Positions 12,501-26,184 of a stretch of DNA of 64,000 nt are shown here, in pieces. Source of the stretch: Marsupella aquatica (Eukaryota; Plantae; Marchantiophyta); contig OZ316895.1 in assembly GCA_973895155.1 (NCBI GenBank), positions 14,256,225 through 14,320,224 on the forward strand, given 5' to 3'. The position numbers and the translations under genes are program-made. Position 1 is the stretch's first letter, and each line of letters begins with the position of its first letter. The notes under the pieces are model-generated. The model saw nothing but the letters and a program-made list of their open reading frames with translations, ran no database searches and was not told the origin of the DNA.

Positions 12501-15500
12501 ACGTTAAGACCGAGAGGGCGTTGAGGGGACGGGCTCGTCGTGGAATTAGCTGTCACGGCCGCTTCATGCCTCGCATGGTGGTCCGTATTTCGCCCACAAG
12601 TCTTTTCCTTCTCTGTTCTCATCATTCCATTGCACAATCCAGTAATGTAGTGTCTTCTGTGTTTCTATGCGTTCATTAAAGTTACATCGACTTCGAATCC
12701 AAAACTGAGATTGGCTAACTAAGGGGAAAGTTCAAGTAACTTTGCGTCCTCGAATCTGTGAGGACAAGAAACGTACGGAAGGGATGGGTCCGGAAAAAAC
12801 CTGTCAAATTCAGAAACTTTCTTCTCAAATCAACCAATTCATGTGCGCCGTGTTTCGAACGTAGACGAGAAGTGGATTGAACAACATTCACCTAAATTCA
12901 TGGATGATATACATTGCAGGTTATACCACCTGGGATGGATTTTAGCAACGTAGTGGTGCAAGATGCTGGCGATATAGTGGAAGACGTGGACTCACTAGCT
13001 TTCACAACTCCAGATGCATCAGTTGCGGTGCCAGTCTCTCCACGGGCAAAACCTCCAATCTGGGGAGAGGTATGCAAAATTTCAGGACCCTTTTCCTGAT
13101 GAAATCTATTTCTACCTGTAAGTCCCTCTTCTGCAATTCACGAAGAGAGTCCTCTTGTTCACCTTCGTCCTCATCTTCCGAGATTATTTCGAGCATGCCT
13201 TCCAGAAACATTGAGTAGTGCAATACTTTCATGGGCAGATCATGCGCTTCTTCACCAATCCCCACAAGCCAATGATTCTGGCATTAGCTCGTCCCGATCC
13301 GAAGAAGAACATAACAAAATTACTAGCTGCTTTTGGAGAATGTCGACCACTGCGCGAGCTGGCGAATCTGGTAAGCGGTCACAGAAGCATTGCACTTCGC
13401 ACTCTGCACTCCAAGTCCCTCTGTGTGCTGCTAGTGGTTTACTAGGTATTCTCATATATTTTTGTTTGAACAAGTTGGGTTGACAAAATTGAAGTGAGTT
13501 CCCCTCCTACTCGTTGATACATGTTGATTGTGGAATTACGAGGTTCTCACTTTCGTTAATTGTTTGGTTGAGTAGACTCTAGTTATGGGGAATCGGGATG
13601 ATATTGACGACATGTCCGGAGGCAATGCAACTGTTCTTCTGCAAGTTTTGAAGCTCATCGACAAGTATGATCTGTATGGGCAAGTGGCATATCCCAAACA
13701 TCACAAGCAGTCGGAGGTGCCAGAGATTTACCGGCTGGCAGCAAAGACAAAGGTAAATAACATGGTGGAATTGACCAAACGTGATTTTTGGAAAGTTTGC
13801 ATAGTTGTAAGGGTTATCGTGTAGGGGCCATCTTTCCATCGTCCGGTGGGTTTCTAGCATTTTCAGTCTTCATCTCGGCTAACTAGACTGAAAGTAGTGT
13901 ACAATGATTTGTCTTCTGTCTAGTGCTGTAGCTGAAAGCCTGACTTGTCTATCCATTTATAACATGTCGATGTCAATTGAACTTTCAGGGTGTGTTCATC
14001 AACCCAGCACTGGTGGAGCCTTTTGGACTTACTCTCATAGAGGTAATTGTTTTTAAACTATTTTGTACTTCCTGACTGCGCTTAGAGTTTTTTAGTACAA
14101 TTTTTTAATGCTTTCTTTATAAAGGCTGTCATTTGCATTAGTAGTCCACAACAGTCAACAGAAGGTTGCTGAATGGCATGAAACAATCAGATGTAAGCAA
14201 TTGAGGTTTTGTGCAGAAGAATAGTCTGTAACTTTTAACGTTTCGAATTGAAAATCGTATTTCATCAGGCTGCAGCGCATGGGTTGCCGATGGTTGCGAC
14301 GAAGAACGGAGGTCCAGTGGATATCCAAAAGGTAGGGAGCAGCTTACAGCCATCCTAGGTTGAATGGCCTGCAACGTTTGTCAATTCTGGATGTACTACA
14401 AGGAAAATGAACAGCATCTGATTGAAAAAGTTTGAATTACCGTTCATAATTCACAAGAGAGTTGAATCAAGTCTTAAGAATGGGGTAAACGAATGACGAA
14501 ATTAAGTGGAGAAATGGAAATGTAATTTCAGTCGTTTGTTTATATCATATCTTCCGTACTTTTGATTGTTCTTGAATTACAATGATAAAGAGTAATGATT
14601 CATTGGCAAACTATGTACTTCTGCAGGCTCTGACGAACGGCCTCCTCGTGGATCCACACAACCAAAAGGAAATTTCTGATGCATTGCTGAAACTAGTGAG
14701 TGACCGAAACCTCTGGGTCGAATGCCGACGCAATGGGCTGAAGAACATTCACTGCTACTCTTGGCCAGAGCATTGCCGGACTTACCTGTCCAAGATAGCT
14801 CAATGCCGCATAAGGCACCCACAATGGCAAAACGCCAATATAATTGATGAGAATGGGGATGACGTTGAATCCCAAGGAGACTCTCTGCGGGATCTGAGGG
14901 ACATTTCTCTTCGCCTCTCTCTGGACGGAGACCGAATGAACAGCTTTGATTTTGAGAAGCTCTTGGGGAAATATGGGAATGGCAAAGATGCTGGCAACAG
15001 CCTTGGGGAGCAGCAGGTTCCGCGGCAGCAGACACAGTTGAAGCTCGGGAGGAAGAATAGTGGACAGCTTCCAGCTGTGCCAGAGGCCCTCATAAGAACT
15101 TCTAGTGGTACTGCCACCAACGGTGTGCCCGCCAACAAAAGCTCCATCCTGAGAAGGAGGAAGCGTTTGGTGATCATTGCTATTGACTGCTATGCTGCAT
15201 CAGGAGAGCCAGCTGAGGTGTATTGCAAGTCCATCCAGGAAATATTCAAGGCTACACTCGCTGATCCTACTGCTGCACGCACAACAGGCTTCGTCCTGTC
15301 AACATCCCTCTCAGCCACGGAGGCCCTCAATCTTCTAAACTCTGGAGGAATCTCAGTGCATGACTTTGATGCCGTCATTGTGGGTAGTGGAAGTGAGCTG
15401 CATTACCCAGCTGGTAACGAAGAGACAGGTACGGAGGGGGTTCTCCAGGCGGATCCAGATTATGATTCTCACATTGATTATCGTTGGGGTCGAGATGGGC

Positions 15501-16465
15501 TAAGAAAGACTCTCCAGAAAGTGACTGCCCCAGAAGATGTTGTTGGTGAGGAGAAAGGACGACGAGCTCTGGTCGAAGACGAAACCAGCTTCAACGCTCA
15601 TTGCTTCGCCTATAAAGTAGTCGAACCTTCTCTTGTAAGTAGCCCCAACGTATGCGATTTCCACAGACTGGCTACATATGGGTAGTATCAATTTCCCTGC
15701 ATGCCTATGGTTTATAATCTCTTTCAATTTGAACTGTTGCCATCGGAGAAAAATCTCCGTTAATTTGTGTTGAGACAATTAACCTATACACAACTATCCG
15801 GTAGTAGCAGAAGTTGTGACAAACCCTGCGCCGAGGTTAGCCTCAGGATTCATAGAGTCCGTATACTTTTAAGTCGAAACTTTCAGATGCAAGGGGTTGG
15901 TGGGTGTTCTTAACAAGGAAATTTGTCCGCAGGCACCAACAGTGGACCAGATACGACAGCGATTACGGCAGCGAGGATTGAGATGTCACGTGATGTATTG
16001 CCAAAGTGAGAGCAGGATGCGCATCATTCCCCTGCTGGCATCCCGTTCTCAAGCCCTGAGGTAAGGATGGCCTTTCAACTTGGCGAGTCATATGAACTGT
16101 AGATCCATGGAAAGCTTTTCCGGATTTTCCTTTTAAGCAAATGAATGTTTGGACTTTGGACCTGATTATCCACTTGCGCTGGGTGCAGATACTTGTTTGT
16201 GCGTTGGGGACTTGATGTAGCGAACATGTATGTATTTGTTGGAGGGACGGGAGATACCGATTATGAAGAGCTGCTTTCAGGCACACACAAGACAATTGTC
16301 CTGAACGGTGTTGTGACAAACGGCTCTGAAAGGCTGTTGCGTGTGGGTGGTAGTTACCAAAGTGGTGACGTTGCACCAGCAGAGAGCCCATTGCTTTTGT
16401 CCACGGACTGCAACGTGGACCAGATCTCAAGTGCTCTGAAGCAATTGAGTTCGGTCTATTTATAG
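9581..16465 (+). CDS. SPS: Sucrose-phosphate synthase, 13 coding exons, ~1081 aa
   Basis: Starts [16 protein letters not shown]. Contains [96 protein letters not shown] and a C-terminal SPP-like domain ([11 protein letters not shown]). Exons 9581-9766, 10105-10194, 10815-11038, 11617-11680, 11888-12580, 12920-13069, 13239-13370, 13576-13752, 13989-14042, 14269-14331, 14627-15634, 15933-16060, 16189-16465 all have GT-AG boundaries and sum to 3246 nt, in frame. Confidence 0.97.
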
Positions 16466-17619
16466 TCCAATTTTTCTTCTTTCCTTACATAACCAGTTCT
16501 TTTAGTTTTGCACTAATACGCAACCACACTCGCAGAACCTCTCTTATCCATGGGTTCTGAAATCTTGGTATCACGATCGAGACACACCGAAGTAACTTAA
16601 CAGCCAATTCTTCTCCCTTTTGAACTTGTGAATTGCAGCCTTTAAAGATCCAACAACCCTTTGTCTATGCCAGTGCTCATAGTGTGTGGAGAAAGAGGAC
16701 AGAGAAAATGGTAGTGTAGCGGGAACAGACAAAAGTTGCTGTTGGCCCTATTCTTGTACAGAGGAGAGTGAGGTTGGAAATTGAAGCTGGCGTTTAGATA
16801 ATCTCAGGACTCTCTAGTGCACATTCTTTAGCAGGATGTCGTTCCATATCCTGCTTCCTTTCTGTAAATGGAAACCATGCGTCTTGGGTAGTATCCTTAA
16901 TGATACAAGTTGATGCTCTGCATTCGACCCGTAGACTTCTGGTCCATTTCTGTAGTTGCATGTATCGTGTACTCTTGGTGTTCAAAGAAATTTCCAGAGC
17001 AATAAAGTGAATGCAAAATATTGCACTTTGTGAAAACAATGTAGCGGCTGCAGTTTCCATTACCAGGCCACCGAAGAGCTGATACAACGGAGTGGGCATA
17101 GAAATAGCTGAAGCATGTCTTATGCGTTTTATGCTTCTTGGACATGAAATTGTGCACATGTGTCGACAACAATTTGCTAGTCTATGGAATGTCACGAAAT
17201 TCGACCAGACATTTTGGATACCTGAAAACTAGATACTGCAGAGATTCATCTGGACATCAGATTTCTTGGAAAAACCAAACTTGTCGAAAATGTCGTACTG
17301 AATGCTATAGTGGACCTCTTCGCTGCTCATGGCTAACTATGTACTGCTGGTACGGTCGATGGCTTCGCAACCATCAAGTTCGTACGACCATTGGCCCCAG
17401 TCCACCATGTAAAGTTGGTGGCAGCGAAAATAGAGGGCTTCTCGGGGAGTCCATTTTCTGACTCCTCGCCGGACCTCAATAGCCATTTGTACCCGTCAGT
17501 AGGGACTGTGATTTTGCCTAGGATCAGACCTTATTTCAGTGAGAATGTGCGAGATTGAATGTAGGGCCTTGGATTTAACGACAGTTGGGAGACTGGGTGG
17601 GTCAACATCTTTGCGGTAC

Positions 17620-18300
17620 ACTGCCAAGCTCAAGCTCGCCGTGCTACAGTTCAGTGATATGGGTGGGAACCTCACGAGCCCAGTGCACTTGCAGTAGGGC
17701 GTCTCAAACTTGCTCTCTCCTGTTTTTTTTTTCCATTCAGCCATCTCTAAGACGCAGCCTCTAAGAAATGTACGCCCACAACCTGGACCAAGGCTCAACT
17801 TTTAGATCAACTGCATCCACAGGGTTAAGGTTTTGAGATGGGGATTGGCATCCACAAGGTTAAGGTTTGAGATGGGTTTCGACAGGCTCCCACGGGTCAT
17901 CTGAACACCAGCAACCTAGACCAAAACTCAACTTTTGGATCAACTGCATCCACAGGGTTAAGGTTTGAGATGGGTTTCTCCCATGGGTCGCTGAGCACCA
18001 ACAATTTTAGAATGGTTGTTGATGATCCTTGAAGAGCACTAACATATAGTGCACAAAGCAACTTTCAGTGAGGATGGCAATACACTGACCGCCCTAGTTA
18101 CTGATGGTCACCTTTTAAGGGATCAAAGAGCATATTTTTAGTCCGTGACTCAACTGTAACATTTCGGTCACAAGAAACCTCCGGGAATGAGCTGGTTTGA
18201 GACATCCTAGTACACTGCCAGGCTCGAGCTTGTGGTATTACAGTTCAGTGGTATGGATGGGAACCTTACAAGCTCACTATACTTGCAGAACACTGCCCAG
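17620..18300. repeat. Local duplications (~135-bp and ~80-bp units)
   Basis: CAACTTTT.GATCAACTGCATCCACAGGGTTAAGGTTT twice, plus a partial third copy. TACACTGCCA..CTC.AGCT...ACAGTTCAGTG.TATGG.TGGGAACCT at ~17617 and ~18211. Confidence 0.75.
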
Positions 18301-20114
18301 GCCTGCAAGTGCTCATGTGCCTCACCACTTTGGCCTATGGCAGCTGTGGGTGTGGTATGAAGGGAATGGGTGAAAATGCTCTAATGGCCAAAATCTGCTC
18401 TACATCTTCCTAGTTTCATGCTGTGACCTGTACAGAACAGCCCTGGCTAACAGGAAAAACTGTATCAAGTTTAGGACTGTCATCCTCCAGGAGACCACAA
18501 TGTGCGTAAGGATAAAAGGCATCTATCATCTTGCAATTATCATAATATGGTGCAGCATAACATACCTAAAATTTGATTTGAAACTTTAAAACAGTGTAAC
18601 ATATTGTAAATTTGATACTGACCTTGTACTTGACTCAGATCGTTTTGGGGCCATCGTAAACATAGTAGAGCATATCATACAGTTATGAATGTACTCGCAA
18701 CATGTTACTCTTAGTCCAGGCCCTAGTAGTAAGATTTTTCTTGAAGAAGTAAACATTTAGCTTTCCTTAAGTGAATTTGGGCGAGTTTGCAGACCACTAA
18801 AGGGAACTAGGGACACCTCTATGAATTAAATCTGTATCAGGTCCTCACTTGTTTCCAACCCTGGTTAAATAGTAGCGCAATGCTTGAAATGACAAGAAAC
18901 ACGGCTGCAAAACTAAACTAGAAAGAAGTTCACCATAAGCAATTTGACTATAAATGTTTTGGGACACCATCCAAGGTTTCGAGGTAACCATTAACCTGGC
19001 CCATGCTCCCCAGAGAAACCAATTTAGATTGAAAAGATACCTGAGTGTGAGGCTCAATGAGACCTTGACTCCTTAATTTTTGGGTAGTTCATACGTTCCT
19101 ACAGCAATGTGATCTTTTCGTCTGAGCAACTAGGCTCTGTAAACATTCTACATAAGTATGCATGGTTGTATTCCTTGCAACGCTGAAGAGTGTCTAGGCA
19201 ACTTTCCCGACAAGCTATCTGATCTGCAGATTATTTTGTTGAATGACACCAAATGCTTTTACGGTTTACGAGGTGAACATCACAAGACAGAAAGGAACTA
19301 GAACAAACCATGACCATCTGTCCGTCCGTGAGACACTGACGATGATTATTTATTTACATTTCCATTATGAGCTGCATTACAAAATAAGGTCGTAGATGAT
19401 TCCAAAATACAATCACGTCACGGATGATTCCCCATTTTCAAGAAATATGGCTGTACGCCATTACAACATTGAACATTGACCTTGGATCAGTCCTAACGCT
19501 TGGTTTGGCCTTCATTTCACGATGGGAAGTAGGAACCTAAAATGGGGAGTAAATTCGTTTAATATCGTCTAGCTTCTAGCGATATCAACAAAAAAAATTG
19601 TGTCAGCCTTAGTGACCCCTTCAGTTGGGACATTGACTGATCATATCCGATCAGTCCTTCAAATCATTTCAGCTCTGGCTTCTTCAAAGTTGCTAATCTT
19701 TGACTGAATTCTCTCTGATCAGCTCGCTTAATCTCCGCTGCACATTATTCCGGTAGAGAAAATCTCAGATTGGAGCAATAGCCAGTTGTTTCTGATCACT
19801 ATGCGACTCACTTCAGCTCACATTTGAGAGACTCCAAAACCTTGCCGCAGAAACATCCTTTTGCCCATCCATTAAACTACGGTCAGTCCCGATGCCATGA
19901 ACTGCAATGAACGAAGATCCTGTCTGCAACAACCCTCCCTTCCAGATTCAGGACAAATTGAGGATGTTTTCGAAGTTTAAAGGATCCCACCATTGATTCT
20001 TATCTGCTGAAGAGACGTTTCTGGAGACGGGAACTGGCTGCATCAGAGGAACCTTCAGGAAAATGCCTGAAACGAGTATGGACGAGAACTGTCGATCTTA
20101 TACTGCACCGGTTC

Positions 20115-23100
20115 TTACTTCGAAAAGTAAGAGTACCTTAAGCTGCTCAATACCTTTAGCTGTTCCAACTCCTCACCCACGGCAATACCAGGATCTACAT
20201 AACATAGCTAAAACACCAAACAGAAAAGCAACATGTAATAAGTTTCAGTGTACAGACCTAGGATTCTCAGATTCTCTTAGCTAAGCAAAGAAATAACCAG
20301 ATCTGCAAAACGAGTTGTGACACCAAACAAAACGGCTTTTCACTCCCATTTCATGTAAAAACTCTATGCCACCTTGAGATCTGCTACTAGACACAATATC
20401 TCGACTTCTCACCCTATTCCCAAGCTCTTAACCCCTCAGAACCATAACCAGAGGATTCGTAACGAAGATGCAAACATCATGAGACTCATTCAATCCCCCT
20501 CCATAAAACTCTGTTGCAAGAATGATCACTTAGAAAAGAAAATAGAAAAGATTAGGTTTTTGATTGAGATATGAATTGTCAAGGGAATTATATGGTTCTG
20601 AGGGATTAGAGCTAGGGAATAGGGTCAGAAGACGAGAAATTGTGTCTAATCTCAAGGTGGTGTACAGTTTTCGCCATGAACTGAAACGAAGATGCAAACA
20701 TCATGAGCTTTCACAAGTGTCCTCTACGAAAGAAATATGTCAACTAAAATTACCGGGTCAGCTGTACAATACCTGATATTCGGTCTCTTTCAGACTATCC
20801 ACATCGTACTTGATAAGTTGCTGCCACCCACTCTTCTCCCTAAGCGACTTCGCTAGTAGCTCTGTGCTCTGCATCCCTCCCAGCCGATGCACAGGTTGAG
20901 GATTCATAACGCTCAAATTTTCTGGACATTCTATATAAAATAACAATCGAATTCAGATGTAATTCATGGCGACACTCATGACTTGGTAGATCGTTTCTGA
21001 CGCCATTGAAGCGACCTTAAAAAACAAAATCCATCCCTTCTAGTTCAAACGGAGGCTCAAACATAATAACTTGTTCATCTGCGGACCATGTCCAAATAAT
21101 GTACTGCCAGTTAGGCCTTCTCAGAGAGGGACATATATAAAGGATCAATACCACTGAAGGGTCTAACACCAGAAGATAGACATCTTCTGATACGCCTGTT
21201 GGGTCCCCCCGCCGTTCGATACCAACTATAGTTCTAGAATGACCTCGGTGTTGAAAGTATAGTGGCCTACATACACAAGATATATGTATGAGACACTGGT
21301 GCATGAAGGATGAGACTTAAGTGCTAATCATCATCAGACCAAGGGAAAATTAAAATTCACTGCAAGCAAATCCTCTTCAGAAAACAAATCGTTCCAGATC
21401 TAGAGGCACTTGTTCTACGTACAAGAAACTAAGCCCAAATGGCGAGCTAAAAAGCAACATTGTCCACATTTCTCCAACTTCAACTGTCACAGCATTCTGT
21501 AAGACATGGATAATGACAAACAAGGAAGCAACAAGCTCCACAATTTTCCAAAATTCTAATTGTAACAGTATCTTTTGGCATTAAAATAACACCTCACCGC
21601 CAACACAAATAGCACCAGATTGAAAACTAGGAATAAGGTAGCTCCAATATCAGCTTAACACTTTTCTCCAAAAAACCAATAGCATGTCTTCGTTATTGTG
21701 GCTCTTTAGTATGATAAGTGGAATGCAGGGACAGCGGAGACTAGGTAGTTAGCAAATTTCCTATAAACCAGTAGCTCAAAAGGAGAGGAGGGAAAAAAAG
21801 GAGTACAGAAGAAAACTCCGAATTCGAAGTAGGAAAAGAAGTTTCCAGCCAAACTACGAAAATCCCTGCCAAATAAGTATTTTGGAACATGAACTGATTT
21901 TAGCAACTTTGGACCAGCAGCAACACTTACGAACGCTTGCTCAAGTTGACTAAATCTCGTGAATTATTGGACCTTGCAGGAAATATCTGAGACGAACGGT
22001 CTGTGAAATAGCTCCAAACCCACTCGATTAGATGGTGATGATTAATATTTGAACCGTCCTTATCCCCTCCCGAAGAGGACCCCTGCATGCCTGCCTTTCT
22101 ACGTTCCCTATTTCCAAGGGGCTTGGATCGTCCACCATTTTGAGGTTTTTTCTTTTGGGGGCCAGTAGCAGCCTGCAGACTCTCTAACTTCTGGTCTGTA
22201 CTCCCAACATCCTTCTCTTCCACGATACTTCCTCCACGTTCCCTCTCTTTTGCCTCGACTTCCTCGTTGTCCTCTTCTCCACAAGAAGAATCCTCCTCAC
22301 TCGTTTCCTCTTGGTCTGTTCCAGCATGCTCTTCGTCCCCATTACCTGAATTCCGCTGCTGATCTTCGTCAGGAGGGCCACTATTTCGGAAGGCTGGATA
22401 GTCCTCAACGATGACGTAGTCTTGATGTGAGCCTCTCTCCTTTGTGGGGTTTTCATCCACGTCCTTCATACAACTTGAGCAAAGGTCAAAGTTTCTTGTC
22501 ATGAGGCTCTTATACCTCCTTCCGTCAATCGGTTTTCTACATCCATCACACACATAATGCCAGTCGCCTGTAGAGGCTTCGTTATCCCCTGGCAGCTTAA
22601 TATGTTTTTGAGACGCATCACCTGGTTCGGTATCATCGTGATCCTCCGCATCCTCGGGATTCCCTCGAGACTCGTCAGAATTGCCTCCACTTTCCGACAA
22701 TCGTGAGCCCCCCTTTTGAGTTGGCTCACATTGCGACACTGATTTCACACAGTCGTCACATGACTCCGAGTCTTCGTTCACATTACCCCAGTCCTTAGTC
22801 CCATCTTCACAAATCTTACCACATTTGATAGCCCCACCTCGTGAATTGTTGCCAGGGCAGTTCTTCATCCCCTCGCTCAAAATGTCTAACTCATCATCAC
22901 TCGACAGGGAAATCGGCGGTAGCTTCTTTTTTTTGGTGTCCAACCCCCCTCGAACTCGTTTGCCGCCCAGGGCAGTGAAGCTAACTATCTTGGCCCGAAC
23001 ACCGAAGGACCTCAGCAAAGCTGCACACTCCGTGGTCCCAATCCACTTCCGGGTTCCAGCGATCGCCCAGCCGAAGTACGCAGCTCCTGGCAAGTCAAAC

Positions 23101-24087
23101 CCTTTGGCCCAGGCGATTTCCAACCATGTCTGAAGGGCTGGGATGTCCGGCACAAATCCTGCCCCATTAAAAAGGACCTCACTCGCGTCTTGCTCTTCGG
23201 TGAGCAGGAAGGAGCAGAGAATCTGAATATTCCTCCAGCCACAGCCCCATCCCAGGTCCTCGTCATCCACACTCTGAAAGTGGTCGACGTGGCCGGAGAG
23301 AGATGCGGAGGTGACAAAATGCTGCTCGGCTAGGAGGCATTCTTTGACCAGGTTGATTATACCTTCCTCGACTTGAACGAAAGGGGCCCTGATCTGGGAG
23401 GTGATGAGCCCCTTCAGCATATCCTCAAGTGGTATCCGCGCAATCCCTGACTCCCGTGAGGCGTCGTCGTCGGTGGTTGGTGTTGTACTCTTCCCGCCTG
23501 AGGGTCCCCTTGAGCTTTTGCTGCTCTTACTGCTCTTACTGCTCTTACTGCTCTTGCTGCCACTCTCAAATTCTTCATCTCCAGATACTCCTTCCGCCTG
23601 TACAAGAAAGTAAGCTCAAACATCCATTGCCAGGTAATGCAGCCCGTTTCAACCTGACCAAGTGATAACTCTGTGCAATTCATCTTCCAAAGTAAGTGCC
23701 AAACATAAAAATTCTGGAAAGCTTGTGGAAGCAGGGAACACGCTACACTTATCCACGTTTTGCACTCATACCCAGTGCATTTAGACACGGTACACTTCTA
23801 CACTCATGCAAATGCAATGGTCACCCGACGGACAGAAATATCCAGTCATCACACTCAGTAAATCGAATCGATCGAGTTGGCGTTGGTATAAACCCTGAAT
23901 CGAACGATGGAGTAACTAAGGAAGTACTGAAATTACGAACACCCAAATTAGAGTACCCCTGGGACATAACGACAATGAAAGAAACCTGGAGAACTCTGAC
24001 ACGGATCAGAGGTTACATCTAGGACCATACCTGCATGAGACTTGGAGATTGAACTTCTCCGTCTGTATTCATAGCGTGCGGCAGCAT
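20115..24087 (-). CDS. Peptidase C78 (ZUFSP/ZUP1/Mug105-like) deubiquitinase with an internal ZZ zinc finger, ~675 aa
   Basis: Catalytic motifs DLGWGCGWRNIQ (Cys), GTRKWIGTTE, PLYFQHRGHSRTIVGIE (His), LLVLDP (Asp), YQLCYVDPGIA. Exons 24087-24031, 23597-21931, 21266-21152, 20868-20773, 20207-20115 join in frame. The start codon is less certain than the rest. Confidence 0.9.
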
Positions 24088-25085
24088 TTTCGGAGCCCCA
24101 AAGATTGTATCTGATGTGATGTGCTGCCCCAAATACTATTTGAGTTTGACCTGGGATGGAAAGATTAAAATTTCGCGCACCCACCCCAACGAACCCAAGC
24201 CAATCCGAGTCTGGGCTAGAGCAGTGCTACACAGTCAGTCCTCTGGGCGATGGCAATGGAATGGCTGAATTGAACCCGCGAGGCCCGCGAGGGACCAACA
24301 GGACTAGTGACAGTACGGGATCAGCTTCGAATTTACTTTTTCTGTTGCTGTTGTTCTTCTGTTTGGACCGCGAAACTTGATTGGAGATCGATGGATGCAT
24401 GCCCACGATATAGCGAGTTGTCGAAGCAATACCGTTCCCCAGCTTCGGAGTTACGTGTCACTACCGTTCATCTGAATCGCCACCCGAACCCACGCGATTC
24501 CGACATGTAAGAGAAACATTGATTCATTTCTGATTCCAGAATCCCATGAGCATCGCCACGTGTGTTCTCGAGTGTCATGTTGACAATTCTCCACATCGCA
24601 CAGCCTGTACCCTGAGTCCGTGACGTCGGGATGTCCTTCCTGCTGTTGCCAACTAGCACAGACACGAGCAAACAGCTCTCGACGAACTCGCTAGGATTGA
24701 TTGACCAGCACTGTCTACAGTAGTTCGGAGAAACGAAACCGTATCAAGAAATCCCTTTACTCGAAAGTGGCATCCCCTCCTGTTGTTGGGGCGCCACTCA
24801 GTTCGTACCAAATGGCGTCAAGATAGGAAATAACAGCCGCTACATAATCGTATGACCCTCCTGACCTCTGACTCCAGCCAACGAAGGCACAATATATGTT
24901 CCCTGAGTTCCTCGATCTCAACCAAACACAGCCCCCGATGTTATATGGATTGCAAATTTTCGCGTTCAAGCTTATCGATGCTGCGTGCACAAACAACCCG
25001 TCGACTTCGGACTTCCTTCCTCCGAGCAACGCTCTCCAGTACAGACACCGCCACTCCGATTGTTCATCCACCAGTACAGCTGACC

Positions 25086-25130
25086 CGAACTGACCCGGAC
25101 TGAACTGAACTGAACTGAATTGAACTGAAT
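25086..25130. repeat. (CTGAA)n microsatellite
   Basis: Directly visible in the sequence. Confidence 0.85.
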
Positions 25131-26184
25131 TCAGCTGCTGCCACAATCAAAAGCGCGAACATGCATCGATCGAATCCCTTCCTTACAATCAAGCGATGCG
25201 GAAAACAGAGGCCTAGCCCACAACACAGCCAAGAACAGCAAAAGCACACTAGCCGAACAATAGACACAAGCCTAGTACTGGAGGGAGCTAGCGATCGACT
25301 GATTACAGCTCCTCCGCCTCCGCCCTCCTCCACCTCACCTGTGTCCTTCAAAGTCATCATCCATTGGTGGGGCGACGAGGATCGCTCGCTTCATTGCAAA
25401 CGATACGGAAATCAAACCAAAAGCAAGCCACACAATCGAATCACTCCCACTGAGGACACCTGCTGAGGTGGACGAGAGGAGGGTAGTCAGCATGACTCGC
25501 CGAATGACCAGTCACTCACTGACTCAGCATCACACTGCGCAGCGAGAGAAGAAATGACTGAATGAGAGTTCCACAGACACCATCGATCGAATCGCTTCCT
25601 TGCTCTAGCTTTGCACACGATTCGGGTTCGAAATCAATATCAAAACACACACTGCATGACACCGCACTGACAGCAAAACCGAAGCACGAACTCATTAACC
25701 CAGCAAACGAATACGATTGAAAAAGCGCGCTGGCATGGATGGTTCGAGCGACGGCTGATCGGAGCAGCCAGTCACGCAGCCGATCGAGTCGATCGGGAGG
25801 AGGAGAGCAAGAGAAAAAACATCGCTCCGCATCGCGAGGTGCACGATTCATAATTCGATTCTCTCTTCTTCGCTCTTATGAGCGGCGGCTCGTTTGCTGT
25901 AATTCAGTCTCTGGCATGGAGCAAACTGGAGAGGGCTTGTTTGGAGAAGGAGCATAGAGGGTATGGCTTGTTTGGAGAAGAAGCAGAGAGGATATGGCTT
26001 GTTTGGAACGAGAGGATTCGGTCCCACAAACTGGATCAACCTCATGCCATCCCACACCAGTTGGCAGTCAGCATGAGCTCGTTTTCCGAGCGAGCCATGC
26101 AGACGTGAATGTGTGTCACTTTGGCACTTTTTCGCTTTTCTATTATTCTGTGGTAGGGGTAACACCTCTCTTTTTTTAACCCTC

